Positions 27,538 to 35,405 of a stretch of 64,000 nucleotides of DNA are shown piece by piece. The notes beneath the pieces were generated by a model, which was not told the DNA's origin, ran no database searches, and worked only from the letters and a program-made list of their open reading frames with translations. This DNA comes from an uncultured Candidatus Saccharibacteria bacterium (GTDB taxonomy: Bacteria; Patescibacteriota; Minisyncoccia; UBA6257; 2-01-FULL-56-20). Within the stretch, counting starts at the first letter, position 1; the number at the start of each line of letters is the position of its first letter. The stretch is from positions 142,061 through 206,060 of the forward strand of contig CAYWDX010000002.1 in assembly GCA_964456235.1 (NCBI GenBank), written 5' to 3'. Made by a program: the position numbers and the translations under genes.

Positions 27538-28188
27538 TCAGTGGATGATGATCGCCGGCACCGACTCGGACCTCCAGGGTTTCTTCCGCATCATCGCGGC
27601 GCGGATGGGCTTGCCGTTTGCACGGCACTCCTCATACCAGCGCTCGCGCCGATCGCGACGCTTCGCAAGATGCTCCTTCGCCTCCTGCGGAAGCTGTGAG
27701 AAGAGTGCCTTGCTGTCCCAGGACTCCGTGGCGCGGCACTGCGGGCAGCGCCAGTAACGCGAGCCGCGCCCTTTGCCGTAGCAAATGCCCATCGGCAAAG
27801 AACATTGCTCGCAGAACGGGCGGAACCGGACGCGCATACGCGCAATCCTCGCTTCCATGACGATCCTCGCCGCAAACCCTTCGCGGCGCGGGACCGGCAA
27901 CGCGTAACGCTTCGTGCCACGTTCCTCGATGATGACCCAGCCGCAATCGCGCCGCCGAGGTTTCGACTCCGCGGGGAGCCACGACGTCCACACCACGACC
28001 GCGAGATCCTCTCGCTCGTACACAAGGCCAAATTCAGCTCGCGCGCGCGGTCCGGGAGCGATAGCGGTCATTCCCGGATTGGCCCTCCGGAAACGGTCGA
28101 GTCCGAGCGTCGGGAAAAAACTTCGACGCCGAAGCTCTCGCACGATGAAGTCGATATCTGCTTGCGTGACAACGTATTTCGCCTCCAC
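27538..28188 (-). CDS. hypothetical Arg-rich protein with a CxxC...CxxC zinc-ribbon
   Basis: 216 aa with CEQCSLPMGICYGKGRGSRYWRCPQCR. Very GC-rich, Arg-rich composition. Confidence 0.45.
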   Translation of the reverse strand: MEAKYVVTQADIDFIVRELRRRSFFPTLGLDRFRRANPGMTAIAPGPRARAEFGLVYEREDLAVVVWTSWLPAESKPRRRDCGWVIIEERGTKRYALPVPRREGFAARIVMEARIARMRVRFRPFCEQCSLPMGICYGKGRGSRYWRCPQCRATESWDSKALFSQLPQEAKEHLAKRRDRRERWYEECRANGKPIRAAMMRKKPWRSESVPAIIIH

Positions 28189-28276
28189 CCAGCATCACCT
28201 CCCTTTTCGTAAGATAAAAAGCTGCCTGTGTTATACCAGAAATTTTTGATTTATTCCAGCCGGGCACCGTGCACCC

Positions 28277-29047
28277 TTACCATTTATAAATAACGTCCTT
28301 GCGCTCAACCACCACCTTCCAGCCATTCTTTTTTGCCACGCGATATAATTTTTCGTTCGGATTGAAACAGATCGGGCGGGATACGAGCTTCAAGAATGGG
28401 ATATCACTTTCGGTGTCGCCGACGCCGATGGATCCGCGCAGCGTGAGTCCCCCGCCCGCGAGCGTGCGCGCGACGAGTTTATCTTTATCCATCACGATTT
28501 CCGGGAACAAAATATTCCCCGTGAATCGTTCCTCGTCGCTCATTGCATACATAATCCCATACACCTTATTGAACCCGAGCGTCTTCGCAAAGGCTTCGGC
28601 CGCAATTTTTGGAGAATGCGAAACGGCGAGCACGTAGTAGCCGCGCGCCTTCAGGTCGCGGACGAGATCGCGCGTGTAGCGGTACGTCCGATTTTTTTGT
28701 TCAGCCACCACGCGGTACGAAACGCGCCGCAGGTCCCGATAGCGGACGCCCTGCAAATATTTTTTGAACGCCGCGATCACGACCGCCAAATAATCTTCGT
28801 AGGTCCCCTGCCGATCGAGCCAATCACGATGCGCCCGCGCGCAAACCGCGACCGCTTCCGGGGGGAAAATTTTTTCGGCGACGAGGGCGTGCACGAGTTC
28901 AATGAGTAAACTCGAACGAAAAATAGTCCCGTCGATGTCAAAAATGGCGAGTGGTTTTTGCCTGATCCGAACCGCCTTCGCCGCGCGCACCGCTCTTTTC
29001 ATCCGCTTATCGCTTGACGATTTTTTTACCGAACTTGTCCGCGACAT
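28277..29047 (-). CDS. HAD-superfamily hydrolase (subfamily IB, phosphoserine-phosphatase-like)
   Basis: Motif I FDIDGTI, motif IV GVGDTESD, Lys-rich N-terminal tail. Confidence 0.75.
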   Translation of the reverse strand: MSRTSSVKKSSSDKRMKRAVRAAKAVRIRQKPLAIFDIDGTIFRSSLLIELVHALVAEKIFPPEAVAVCARAHRDWLDRQGTYEDYLAVVIAAFKKYLQGVRYRDLRRVSYRVVAEQKNRTYRYTRDLVRDLKARGYYVLAVSHSPKIAAEAFAKTLGFNKVYGIMYAMSDEERFTGNILFPEIVMDKDKLVARTLAGGGLTLRGSIGVGDTESDIPFLKLVSRPICFNPNEKLYRVAKKNGWKVVVERKDVIYKW

Positions 29048-29097
29048 AACGTAAGTATATCATCAGTAGTACAGCGCCGCGGCGCGAATACGGCACG

Positions 29098-31284
29098 ATG
29101 GAATCGCGATACGACATTAAAGAAGTCGAGACAAGAATCTATAAATCTTGGGAAGAATCCGGACTGTTTAATCCGGATGTCTGCGTCGAGAAAGGCGTAG
29201 CCCGCCCGGACGCCGAAATTTTCTCCATTATATTGCCGCCGCCGAACGTGACGGGCGAACTCCACATGGGGCACGTGGCCATGCTCGTAATCGAAGACAT
29301 CATGGTCCGCACGGCCCGCATGCAAGGAAAACGCACGCTCTGGGTGCCGGGGACGGACCATGCCGCCATCGCCACGCAAGCGCGCGTCGAAAAAGATCTC
29401 TATAAAAAAGAGAAAAAAACGCGCCACGATTTTGGCCGGGAAGAATTTTTGAACCTCGTGCGCAAATTCGCCGAGGAAAGCCGCTCGACCATCGTGCGCC
29501 AAGTGAAACGCATGGGCGCCTCGCTCGACTGGAGCCGCGAGGCATATACGCTCGACGACACGCGCGAACGGGCGGTCCGCACCGCGTTCAAAAAAATGCA
29601 TGACCTCGGCCTCATTTACCGCGGAAACCGCATCGTGAACTGGGATCCCAATTTGCAAACGACCGTTTCGGATGACGAAGTCGAATGGGTGGAGAAAACC
29701 GAGCCCCTCTATTATCTCACGTACGGGCCGTTTACGATCGCGACCGCGCGACCCGAAACAAAGTTTGGTGATAAATACGTAGTGATGCACCCGGACGATG
29801 AGCGCTATGCTCGCTATAAGCATGGAGAAAAAATTGATGTCGAATGGATCAACGGCCCGATCACCGCAACCGTGATCAAGGATCCGTCGATCGACATGGC
29901 CTTCGGCACGGGCGTCATGACAATCACGCCCTGGCACGACATGACCGATTTTGAAATCGCGGAGCGGCACTCGCTCGACCGCGAGCAAATTATTGATCTC
30001 CACGGGAAGCTCGCGCCGATCGCCGGTGAATTTGCCGGCATGCATATCAACAAGGCGCGCGGCGCGATCGTTGAAAAATTGCGCGCGAAGGGCCTTATCA
30101 AAAAAATAGATGAAGCGTACCTGCACCGCGTCGCGACGGACAGCCGGGGCGGCGGCGTGATCGAACCGCAGATTTTGAAACAGTGGTTCGTCGCGGTGAA
30201 TAAGGCTTTTAAAGCAGGGGGCCACGGCAAAGCGGGCCACGGCGCGGCCGGCGGGAAGACGCTGAAGGAACTCATGCGCGAAGCGGTGGCGAGCGGATCG
30301 ATCAAAATTATTCCGGAGCGATTCGAAAAAATTTATTTCAACTGGATTGATCATTTGCACGACTGGTGCATATCGCGCCAGATTTGGTTTGGACACCGCA
30401 TCCCCGCCTGGTATCGGGTCGGCGCGACTGGCGAAGGTGCGGAGCAAGAAATTTTTGTTGGCGTCGAAGCGCCCGCGGGCGACGGATGGGAGCAAGACCC
30501 CGACACGCTCGACACATGGTTCTCATCCGGCCTCTGGCCATTTTCAACGCTCGGGTGGCCTGCAGAAACGAACGATTTAAAAACGTACTTCCCGAATTCG
30601 GTTTTGGAAACCGGTTACGACATTATTTTCTTTTGGGTCGCACGAATGATCCTTATGTCGGAAGCGCTCACGGGCACGATCCCCTTCTATAAGGTGTATT
30701 TGCACGGACTGGTGCGCGACGAAAAGGGCCGCAAGATGTCGAAGTCGCTCGGGAATGGGATCGATCCGCTCGAGATGGCCGATAAATATGGCGCCGACGC
30801 CACCCGCCTCTCCCTGATCATCGGCGCTTCGGCCGGAAGCGACATCAAACTTTCGGAAGATCGCATTCGCGGCTACCGAAATTTCGCCACAAAAATTTGG
30901 AACATCGCCCGCTTCGTGATGATGAATAAACCAGCCGACGGGAAAACGGTCGGAGCCGCAAACACTTCCTCCCGTAAAGAAATAAAAGAATTGGCCGAAC
31001 TCAAAAAGGAAATTGACACGCATATCACGCAGTTCGAATTCCATCTTGCGGCAGAAAAACTCTACCATTACATCTGGCACACGCTTGCCGATACCATCGT
31101 GGAACAGGAGAAGGCGAGGCTGCGCGACGCCGGCGCAGCTGAAAAGGCAGCGAGCTACGCGCTCCTTGAGCACCTCCTCCTCGGTTCGATTAAAATGCTC
31201 CACCCCTTCATGCCATTCATAACCGAAGAGGTCTACCAAACGTTCCGACCGGGCGAGATGCTCATGGCATCTCCGCAAGAGTGA
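29098..31284 (+). CDS. valS: valine--tRNA ligase (short form, 728 aa)
   Basis: PPPNVTGELHMGH (HIGH), KMSKSLGN (KMSKS), ValRS-type CP1/editing region. No C-terminal coiled-coil extension. Confidence 0.85.
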   Translation: MESRYDIKEVETRIYKSWEESGLFNPDVCVEKGVARPDAEIFSIILPPPNVTGELHMGHVAMLVIEDIMVRTARMQGKRTLWVPGTDHAAIATQARVEKDLYKKEKKTRHDFGREEFLNLVRKFAEESRSTIVRQVKRMGASLDWSREAYTLDDTRERAVRTAFKKMHDLGLIYRGNRIVNWDPNLQTTVSDDEVEWVEKTEPLYYLTYGPFTIATARPETKFGDKYVVMHPDDERYARYKHGEKIDVEWINGPITATVIKDPSIDMAFGTGVMTITPWHDMTDFEIAERHSLDREQIIDLHGKLAPIAGEFAGMHINKARGAIVEKLRAKGLIKKIDEAYLHRVATDSRGGGVIEPQILKQWFVAVNKAFKAGGHGKAGHGAAGGKTLKELMREAVASGSIKIIPERFEKIYFNWIDHLHDWCISRQIWFGHRIPAWYRVGATGEGAEQEIFVGVEAPAGDGWEQDPDTLDTWFSSGLWPFSTLGWPAETNDLKTYFPNSVLETGYDIIFFWVARMILMSEALTGTIPFYKVYLHGLVRDEKGRKMSKSLGNGIDPLEMADKYGADATRLSLIIGASAGSDIKLSEDRIRGYRNFATKIWNIARFVMMNKPADGKTVGAANTSSRKEIKELAELKKEIDTHITQFEFHLAAEKLYHYIWHTLADTIVEQEKARLRDAGAAEKAASYALLEHLLLGSIKMLHPFMPFITEEVYQTFRPGEMLMASPQE

Positions 31285-31298
31285 TATAATCCCTAGAA

Positions 31299-32000
31299 AT
31301 GGTTGTCCTCACCTTTATCTTCGGACTCTTACCCGGGTTCGCTTGGCTCATCTTCTACATGACGGAAGATCCGCATCCGGAACCAAAACGGATGATCATC
31401 CTCACCTTCCTCGCCGGCATCGCCTTTGGATTTTTCACGATCGCCATTGAAAACTGGTGGAGTATCGCGCTCAACACGGTCGGCGTCGCGACCCTTTCTG
31501 TCGTTTCGCTTTTGGGGCTCGCGACAATCGAGGAATGCATGAAATTCTGCGCCGCATATTTTGCCGTCGGCAAAAGCGAGGTTCTCGAGGAACCGATCGA
31601 GCACATGCTCTACATGATCGTCGCGGCCCTCGGCTTCGCAACGCTTGAAAACCTGGGCGCGATCGCAACGATTCCCGCGCAAGCGGCGTTCATCGGCGCA
31701 TTCTTCACGACGGCGTCGTTCCGGTTCGTAGGCGCAACCCTCCTCCACTCCCTCACCTCGGCCGTGGTCGGGTACCACTGGGCGAAGGGCGTGGCACGGC
31801 AAAAAGTGGCGCTGAACATCACGATCGGCCTCGTGATCGCCACATTATTGCACGCACTATTTAACTACCTTATACTTTCTTACGGAGAGATTGCGTACAC
31901 CGTCGTTCTCCTCGTCATTGTAGGCTTCTTCGTCTTGAACGACTTCGAAGAATTGAAGACGAAGAAAATTCCGACCGCCACGTCGTGGACCACACTTTAG
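31299..32000 (+). CDS. PrsW-family intramembrane metalloprotease-like protein
   Basis: Polytopic; motifs IEECMKF, FATLENL, HALFN match the PrsW E-E/F-x-x-x-E/H-x-x-x-N signature. Confidence 0.6.
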   Translation: MVVLTFIFGLLPGFAWLIFYMTEDPHPEPKRMIILTFLAGIAFGFFTIAIENWWSIALNTVGVATLSVVSLLGLATIEECMKFCAAYFAVGKSEVLEEPIEHMLYMIVAALGFATLENLGAIATIPAQAAFIGAFFTTASFRFVGATLLHSLTSAVVGYHWAKGVARQKVALNITIGLVIATLLHALFNYLILSYGEIAYTVVLLVIVGFFVLNDFEELKTKKIPTATSWTTL

Positions 32001-32020
32001 AAATTTTTAATTAAAACGTT

Positions 32021-32506
32021 ATGAATTCGCAGGATGAAAAATATTTTGAATCGTTGGTGGGCGCGAAGCCAGAGGCGGAAGCAGAATATGACGTTGAGCT
32101 CGCAAAAGCAGAAACGGCGGCTCCCACGCCACGCGCCCGCGCACGCGTTCCAAAAATGAGTGACCCCGCCGAGCCCGAAGGCCAGCTCACGGTAGACGTG
32201 TTCCAAACACCCGACACGATCATCGTGGAATCCGCGATTGCCGGCGTACGCCCCGAAGACATCGACATCAACGTGACGCCTGACTCGGTTTCGATTCGCG
32301 GATCGCGTGAGCGCGAGCAACAAGCAGACATGGAAGACTACCTTTACCAGGAGTGTTACTGGGGCCGCTTTGCGCGCTCTATTATATTGCCGCAGGAGGT
32401 GGATCCAGAGAACGCCGACGTCAAGCTCAAAAACGGTATTCTCACGATCCGTCTCCCAAAAGCAAATAAGCGGAAGTCGCGAAAACTTTCGGTGCGGACT
32501 GAATAG
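32021..32506 (+). CDS. Hsp20/alpha-crystallin small heat-shock protein
   Basis: LTVDVFQTPDTIIVESAIAGVRPEDIDI...GILTIRLPK: alpha-crystallin domain. Confidence 0.8.
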   Translation: MNSQDEKYFESLVGAKPEAEAEYDVELAKAETAAPTPRARARVPKMSDPAEPEGQLTVDVFQTPDTIIVESAIAGVRPEDIDINVTPDSVSIRGSREREQQADMEDYLYQECYWGRFARSIILPQEVDPENADVKLKNGILTIRLPKANKRKSRKLSVRTE

Positions 32507-32588
32507 CGCGTTCCCGCGACGGGCAGCGCGTAACGGCCTGTTTAGTTGCAAATTTTAAGGACTCCCGCTATACTGTTTCCACAAAACT

Positions 32589-32807
32589 ATGAGACAGTGC
32601 GCCATCTGCCACAAGGGTTCCCGCATGGGCGGTGCCCGCAAATTGCTCCGCGGCCATTACAACCCGGTAAACTGGAGTCGTAAATATCCCAACCTTCAAT
32701 ACGCGAAGGTGGATGGGAAGCGTGCCCTCATCTGCACGAACTGTTTGAAGACGCTCACAAAACAACCCCGCGTCCGCAAAGCTGCGCTCGCAACCGCGGC
32801 GGCCTAA
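32589..32807 (+). CDS. rpmB: 50S ribosomal protein L28
   Basis: MRQCAICHKGSRMGGARKLLRGHYNP...ALICTNCLK: the L28 CxxC...CxxC zinc-ribbon form. Confidence 0.75.
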   Translation: MRQCAICHKGSRMGGARKLLRGHYNPVNWSRKYPNLQYAKVDGKRALICTNCLKTLTKQPRVRKAALATAAA

Positions 32808-32834
32808 AAATCGCCTAGTTCTCTAGGCGATTTT
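32806..32834. terminator. bidirectional hairpin terminator between rpmB and the convergent gene
   Basis: AAAAATCGCCTAG-ttct-CTAGGCGATTTTT. The minus-gene stop codon lies inside the 5' arm. Confidence 0.55.
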
Positions 32835-33189
32835 CTATCTGCCGAAACACTTCTCGCAAGGTCGCTTCTGGATCATCGGAGTGGAGAATCCCTCCGGCGA
32901 TTTCTTTTATTTTTTTGAACAATTGTTCAGCAACTTCTTCTGCCTTCTCCGGAGGAACGCGCTGCAAAAATTCGGTCACCATGGGAAGATCCCGATATGG
33001 AATTTCATTGATAAGATCTTTCACCCACATCTTTTCTTTGGGAATCCGCGTGTCCTTCTGAAGCACTTTATTGAGCGGGCTCGACAATGAACCCGACCGT
33101 TCCTCTGGCTGAAATCCTTCCTTATGCATATCCAAAATATATATCAAAATATTGCGATTGACAATGTCCGATTGAGCCGATAAACTCAT
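32815..33189 (-). CDS. hypothetical protein (~124 aa)
   Basis: Lower-GC ORF with protein-like composition (...EFLQRVPPEKAEEVAEQLFKKIKEIAGGIL...). Start chosen at MSLSAQSD. Confidence 0.4.
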   Translation of the reverse strand: MSLSAQSDIVNRNILIYILDMHKEGFQPEERSGSLSSPLNKVLQKDTRIPKEKMWVKDLINEIPYRDLPMVTEFLQRVPPEKAEEVAEQLFKKIKEIAGGILHSDDPEATLREVFRQIENRLEN

Positions 33190-33262
33190 CTCAGAGTAAC
33201 CGTTCTTATCTTCTCCCCAAACGCTTGCTGCCGACGACGAATGATGGCAGCACGTGCAGTCC

Positions 33263-33299
33263 GGGCGCCGCATCAGAATGCGGCGCCCTTTCCTTTTTT
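33263..33299 (+). terminator. strong plus-strand intrinsic terminator with no obvious upstream plus-strand gene
   Basis: GGGCGCCGCAT-caga-ATGCGGCGCCC-TTTCCTTTTTT, immediately upstream of tRNA-Pro. Confidence 0.5.
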
Positions 33300-33326
33300 A
33301 CTCGATACTTATAGGATAGAACCGTG

Positions 33327-33397
33327 CGGGCCGTAGTATACCGGCAGTACGAGCGCATGGGGTGCGTTTAGACCGGGTTCGATTCCCGGCGGCCCGA
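33327..33397 (+). tRNA. tRNA-Pro (anticodon GGG)
   Basis: CGGGCCG-TA-GTAT-ACCGGCA-GTAC-G-AGCGC-AUGGGGU-GCGTT-TAGA-CCGGG-TTCGATT-CCCGG-CGGCCCG-A. Canonical cloverleaf with a 7-bp acceptor, TΨC loop and anticodon loop AU-GGG-GU. No encoded CCA. Confidence 0.8.
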
Positions 33398-33402
33398 CTC
33401 AC

Positions 33403-33741
33403 ATGGAAAACGACTTCACGAAAAAGCATTGCGTCCCGTGCGAGGGCGGCACGCCGCCGCTCCCCGCCGAGAGCATCAAAGATTATTTGAAATACGCGCC
33501 GGGATGGATTGCAGCGACCGACAGCAAAAAAATTACGCGCGAATTCAAATTCAAAAATTTCAAAGGCGCTATGGCGTTCGTGAACGACGTTGCGAAGATC
33601 GCCGAAGGCGAGGGGCACCATCCTGATCTCCATATTTTTTATAACGTCGTTCGCGTGGAACTTTCAACGCACGCGATCGGCGGCCTCTCCGAAAACGATT
33701 TCATCCTCGCCGCCAAAATAAATGAGCGGCTCGCAAAATAA
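33403..33741 (+). CDS. pterin-4a-carbinolamine dehydratase (PCD/DCoH)
   Basis: 112 aa with EGEGHHPDL and the C-terminal ...RVELSTHA...LSENDFILAAKI typical of PhhB/PCD. Start is 6 nt after the tRNA-Pro 3' end. Confidence 0.7.
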   Translation: MENDFTKKHCVPCEGGTPPLPAESIKDYLKYAPGWIAATDSKKITREFKFKNFKGAMAFVNDVAKIAEGEGHHPDLHIFYNVVRVELSTHAIGGLSENDFILAAKINERLAK

Positions 33742-33987
33742 AAGAGCGAATTAGCTTGGAGGCATTCAAGGGAGCCCATGCCGACAAACTAATTCGCTCT
33801 TTTATTATCCCGCCCGATCTCTGGCATTACGCCATGGGGGTGAATTCAGTTGCGGTCCACGGACTGCAACACTGTTATTCTCCCGTAAAAAATTATTTGA
33901 TCCGAGATCTGCGACGGGATACTTATAGTATACAGCCGACCCCGTGATTATTAACACCATGGAGCAAGTGAGCTACAATCAACCGGT

Positions 33988-35298
33988 ATGACGCGCCGCA
34001 CGCGCCGGATCCTCTTTTATATGCTGGTGGCCCTGTTCCCGGTGATTAGCATAGGCGTAGTGCTCTATGCGGAAGGCTGGCGCCTCAGCATCCAGCCCTG
34101 GAAATTCGAGAAGGTGGGGGCCATTCTCGTGCGGCCCTACCCCGCGGACGCAGCGATAACCCTGGACAACCAGCCGATCACCGATCGAGCCGGACTCCTT
34201 TCCCAAAATATCCTCATTTCTGACCTTTTGCCAGGAAATTATGAACTGGGCCTCACGCGCAACGGCTACCGGCCGTGGCATGAAACCGCAACCGTACTCC
34301 CTTCCCTCGTCACCGAATTTCATGCCGCGGTACTCATACCAAAAAAACCCGCATCGCGTTCGACGACAACGATCGCTCATTTTTATATCGCGTCTGACGA
34401 ACTGGTAATGCAGAGCCCGAATGGCACCATTGCGTGGCGCGGAAAAACGATTGGCAATGGCACCATCGTGAGCGTGACTAATAATTTAGGAGCTCTCATG
34501 TTCCAGAATCGCGGCGGCATCTACGCGCGTTACGATTTTTCGGCGGCGACGACGACAAAACTTTTTTCGCTCACGAATGATGATGTCTCACTCGATGCGT
34601 ATGACCCGGCGATCATGGTAATAAGAAATTCTGGGAGCGTTTGGGTGCGGAACACGACCGCGGCAACGACCACGCTCGTTGATCGGGTGTCGTCGCCCAC
34701 GATCATCGGCGAACCGATCGCGTCGTTCACGGCGGCGCTCGCCTGGACGCACGTCGCGCCAAAAAATATCGGCGAGGGCGTTTCGTCATCGATCGTCGCA
34801 TACGATCCGCTTTCCCAAACCGTGACGACGAGCAGCATAACGATCGCGGGCAGGACCGCCGCCCTCGCGTGGATCGATAATAACCGACTTGGCGTGCTAC
34901 AAGATGACGGATCGCTCTTCATCTATAGCGCGGAGGCAGAAGATTTCCAGAAAATCGCGGACGATGTGAAAAATTTTTCAGTTGCGCCCGATGCTTCTGC
35001 GATTGCCGCCGTCGAACACTCGGGCTTTGAGATCATCCCGCTCGACGACTCGCAAACCTACCACCGCTTCAACATCCCCGACGTCGGCAGCATCACCCAA
35101 GCCATCTGGTACCGCGACGCGAACCACCTTTTCCTCGCCTCCCCCGCCTCCGTCGCCTTCCTCGACCTCCAGGACCTCGGCCTCCATAACCTCCAAACGG
35201 TGGCCGAAGGCACGAACCCCCTTTACAATCCCAGCAAAAATATTCTTTATCTCATAAATTCGGCAGGAAATCTGGAGCAGTTTGACTTCCCTTCATAA
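33988..35298 (+). CDS. PEGA-domain protein with N-terminal TM anchor and large C-terminal beta-rich domain
   Basis: PEGA signature LPGNYELGLTRNGYRPW after a TM helix. C-terminal half rich in beta-strand-like Ser/Thr/Ala repeats. Confidence 0.55.
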   Translation: MTRRTRRILFYMLVALFPVISIGVVLYAEGWRLSIQPWKFEKVGAILVRPYPADAAITLDNQPITDRAGLLSQNILISDLLPGNYELGLTRNGYRPWHETATVLPSLVTEFHAAVLIPKKPASRSTTTIAHFYIASDELVMQSPNGTIAWRGKTIGNGTIVSVTNNLGALMFQNRGGIYARYDFSAATTTKLFSLTNDDVSLDAYDPAIMVIRNSGSVWVRNTTAATTTLVDRVSSPTIIGEPIASFTAALAWTHVAPKNIGEGVSSSIVAYDPLSQTVTTSSITIAGRTAALAWIDNNRLGVLQDDGSLFIYSAEAEDFQKIADDVKNFSVAPDASAIAAVEHSGFEIIPLDDSQTYHRFNIPDVGSITQAIWYRDANHLFLASPASVAFLDLQDLGLHNLQTVAEGTNPLYNPSKNILYLINSAGNLEQFDFPS

Positions 35299-35405
35299 AG
35301 ATTGCGGACTATCCCTTTTTGGGGATAACTGGCTCACCCAAAAATCACCCGCCGGGATTAAAATTGTCTTACGTCGACACAAACTTTTAATTATTTTTTA
35401 ATCTC

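Noticed and set aside
29026-30495. 489-aa minus-strand ORF antisense to valS, plus similar long antisense ORFs in the ORF track (228–767, 5736–6026, 35873–36571, 36903–37496, 38438–39625, 24570–25145, 27591–28031 and others)
   Set aside because: They overlap well-supported genes with recognisable domains, have Arg/Gly/Pro-heavy low-complexity translations typical of spurious frames in high-GC DNA, and lack RBSs.
33756-33947. 63-aa ORF downstream of the PCD gene
   Set aside because: No RBS, odd composition, and it lies in a region better explained by a long-loop hairpin/terminator and the promoter of the PEGA-domain gene.
35300-35405. NrdR box or B12 riboswitch upstream of nrdJ
   Set aside because: Only a short ATCCC/GGGAT hairpin and a partial ACACAAAC match are visible; insufficient for either element.
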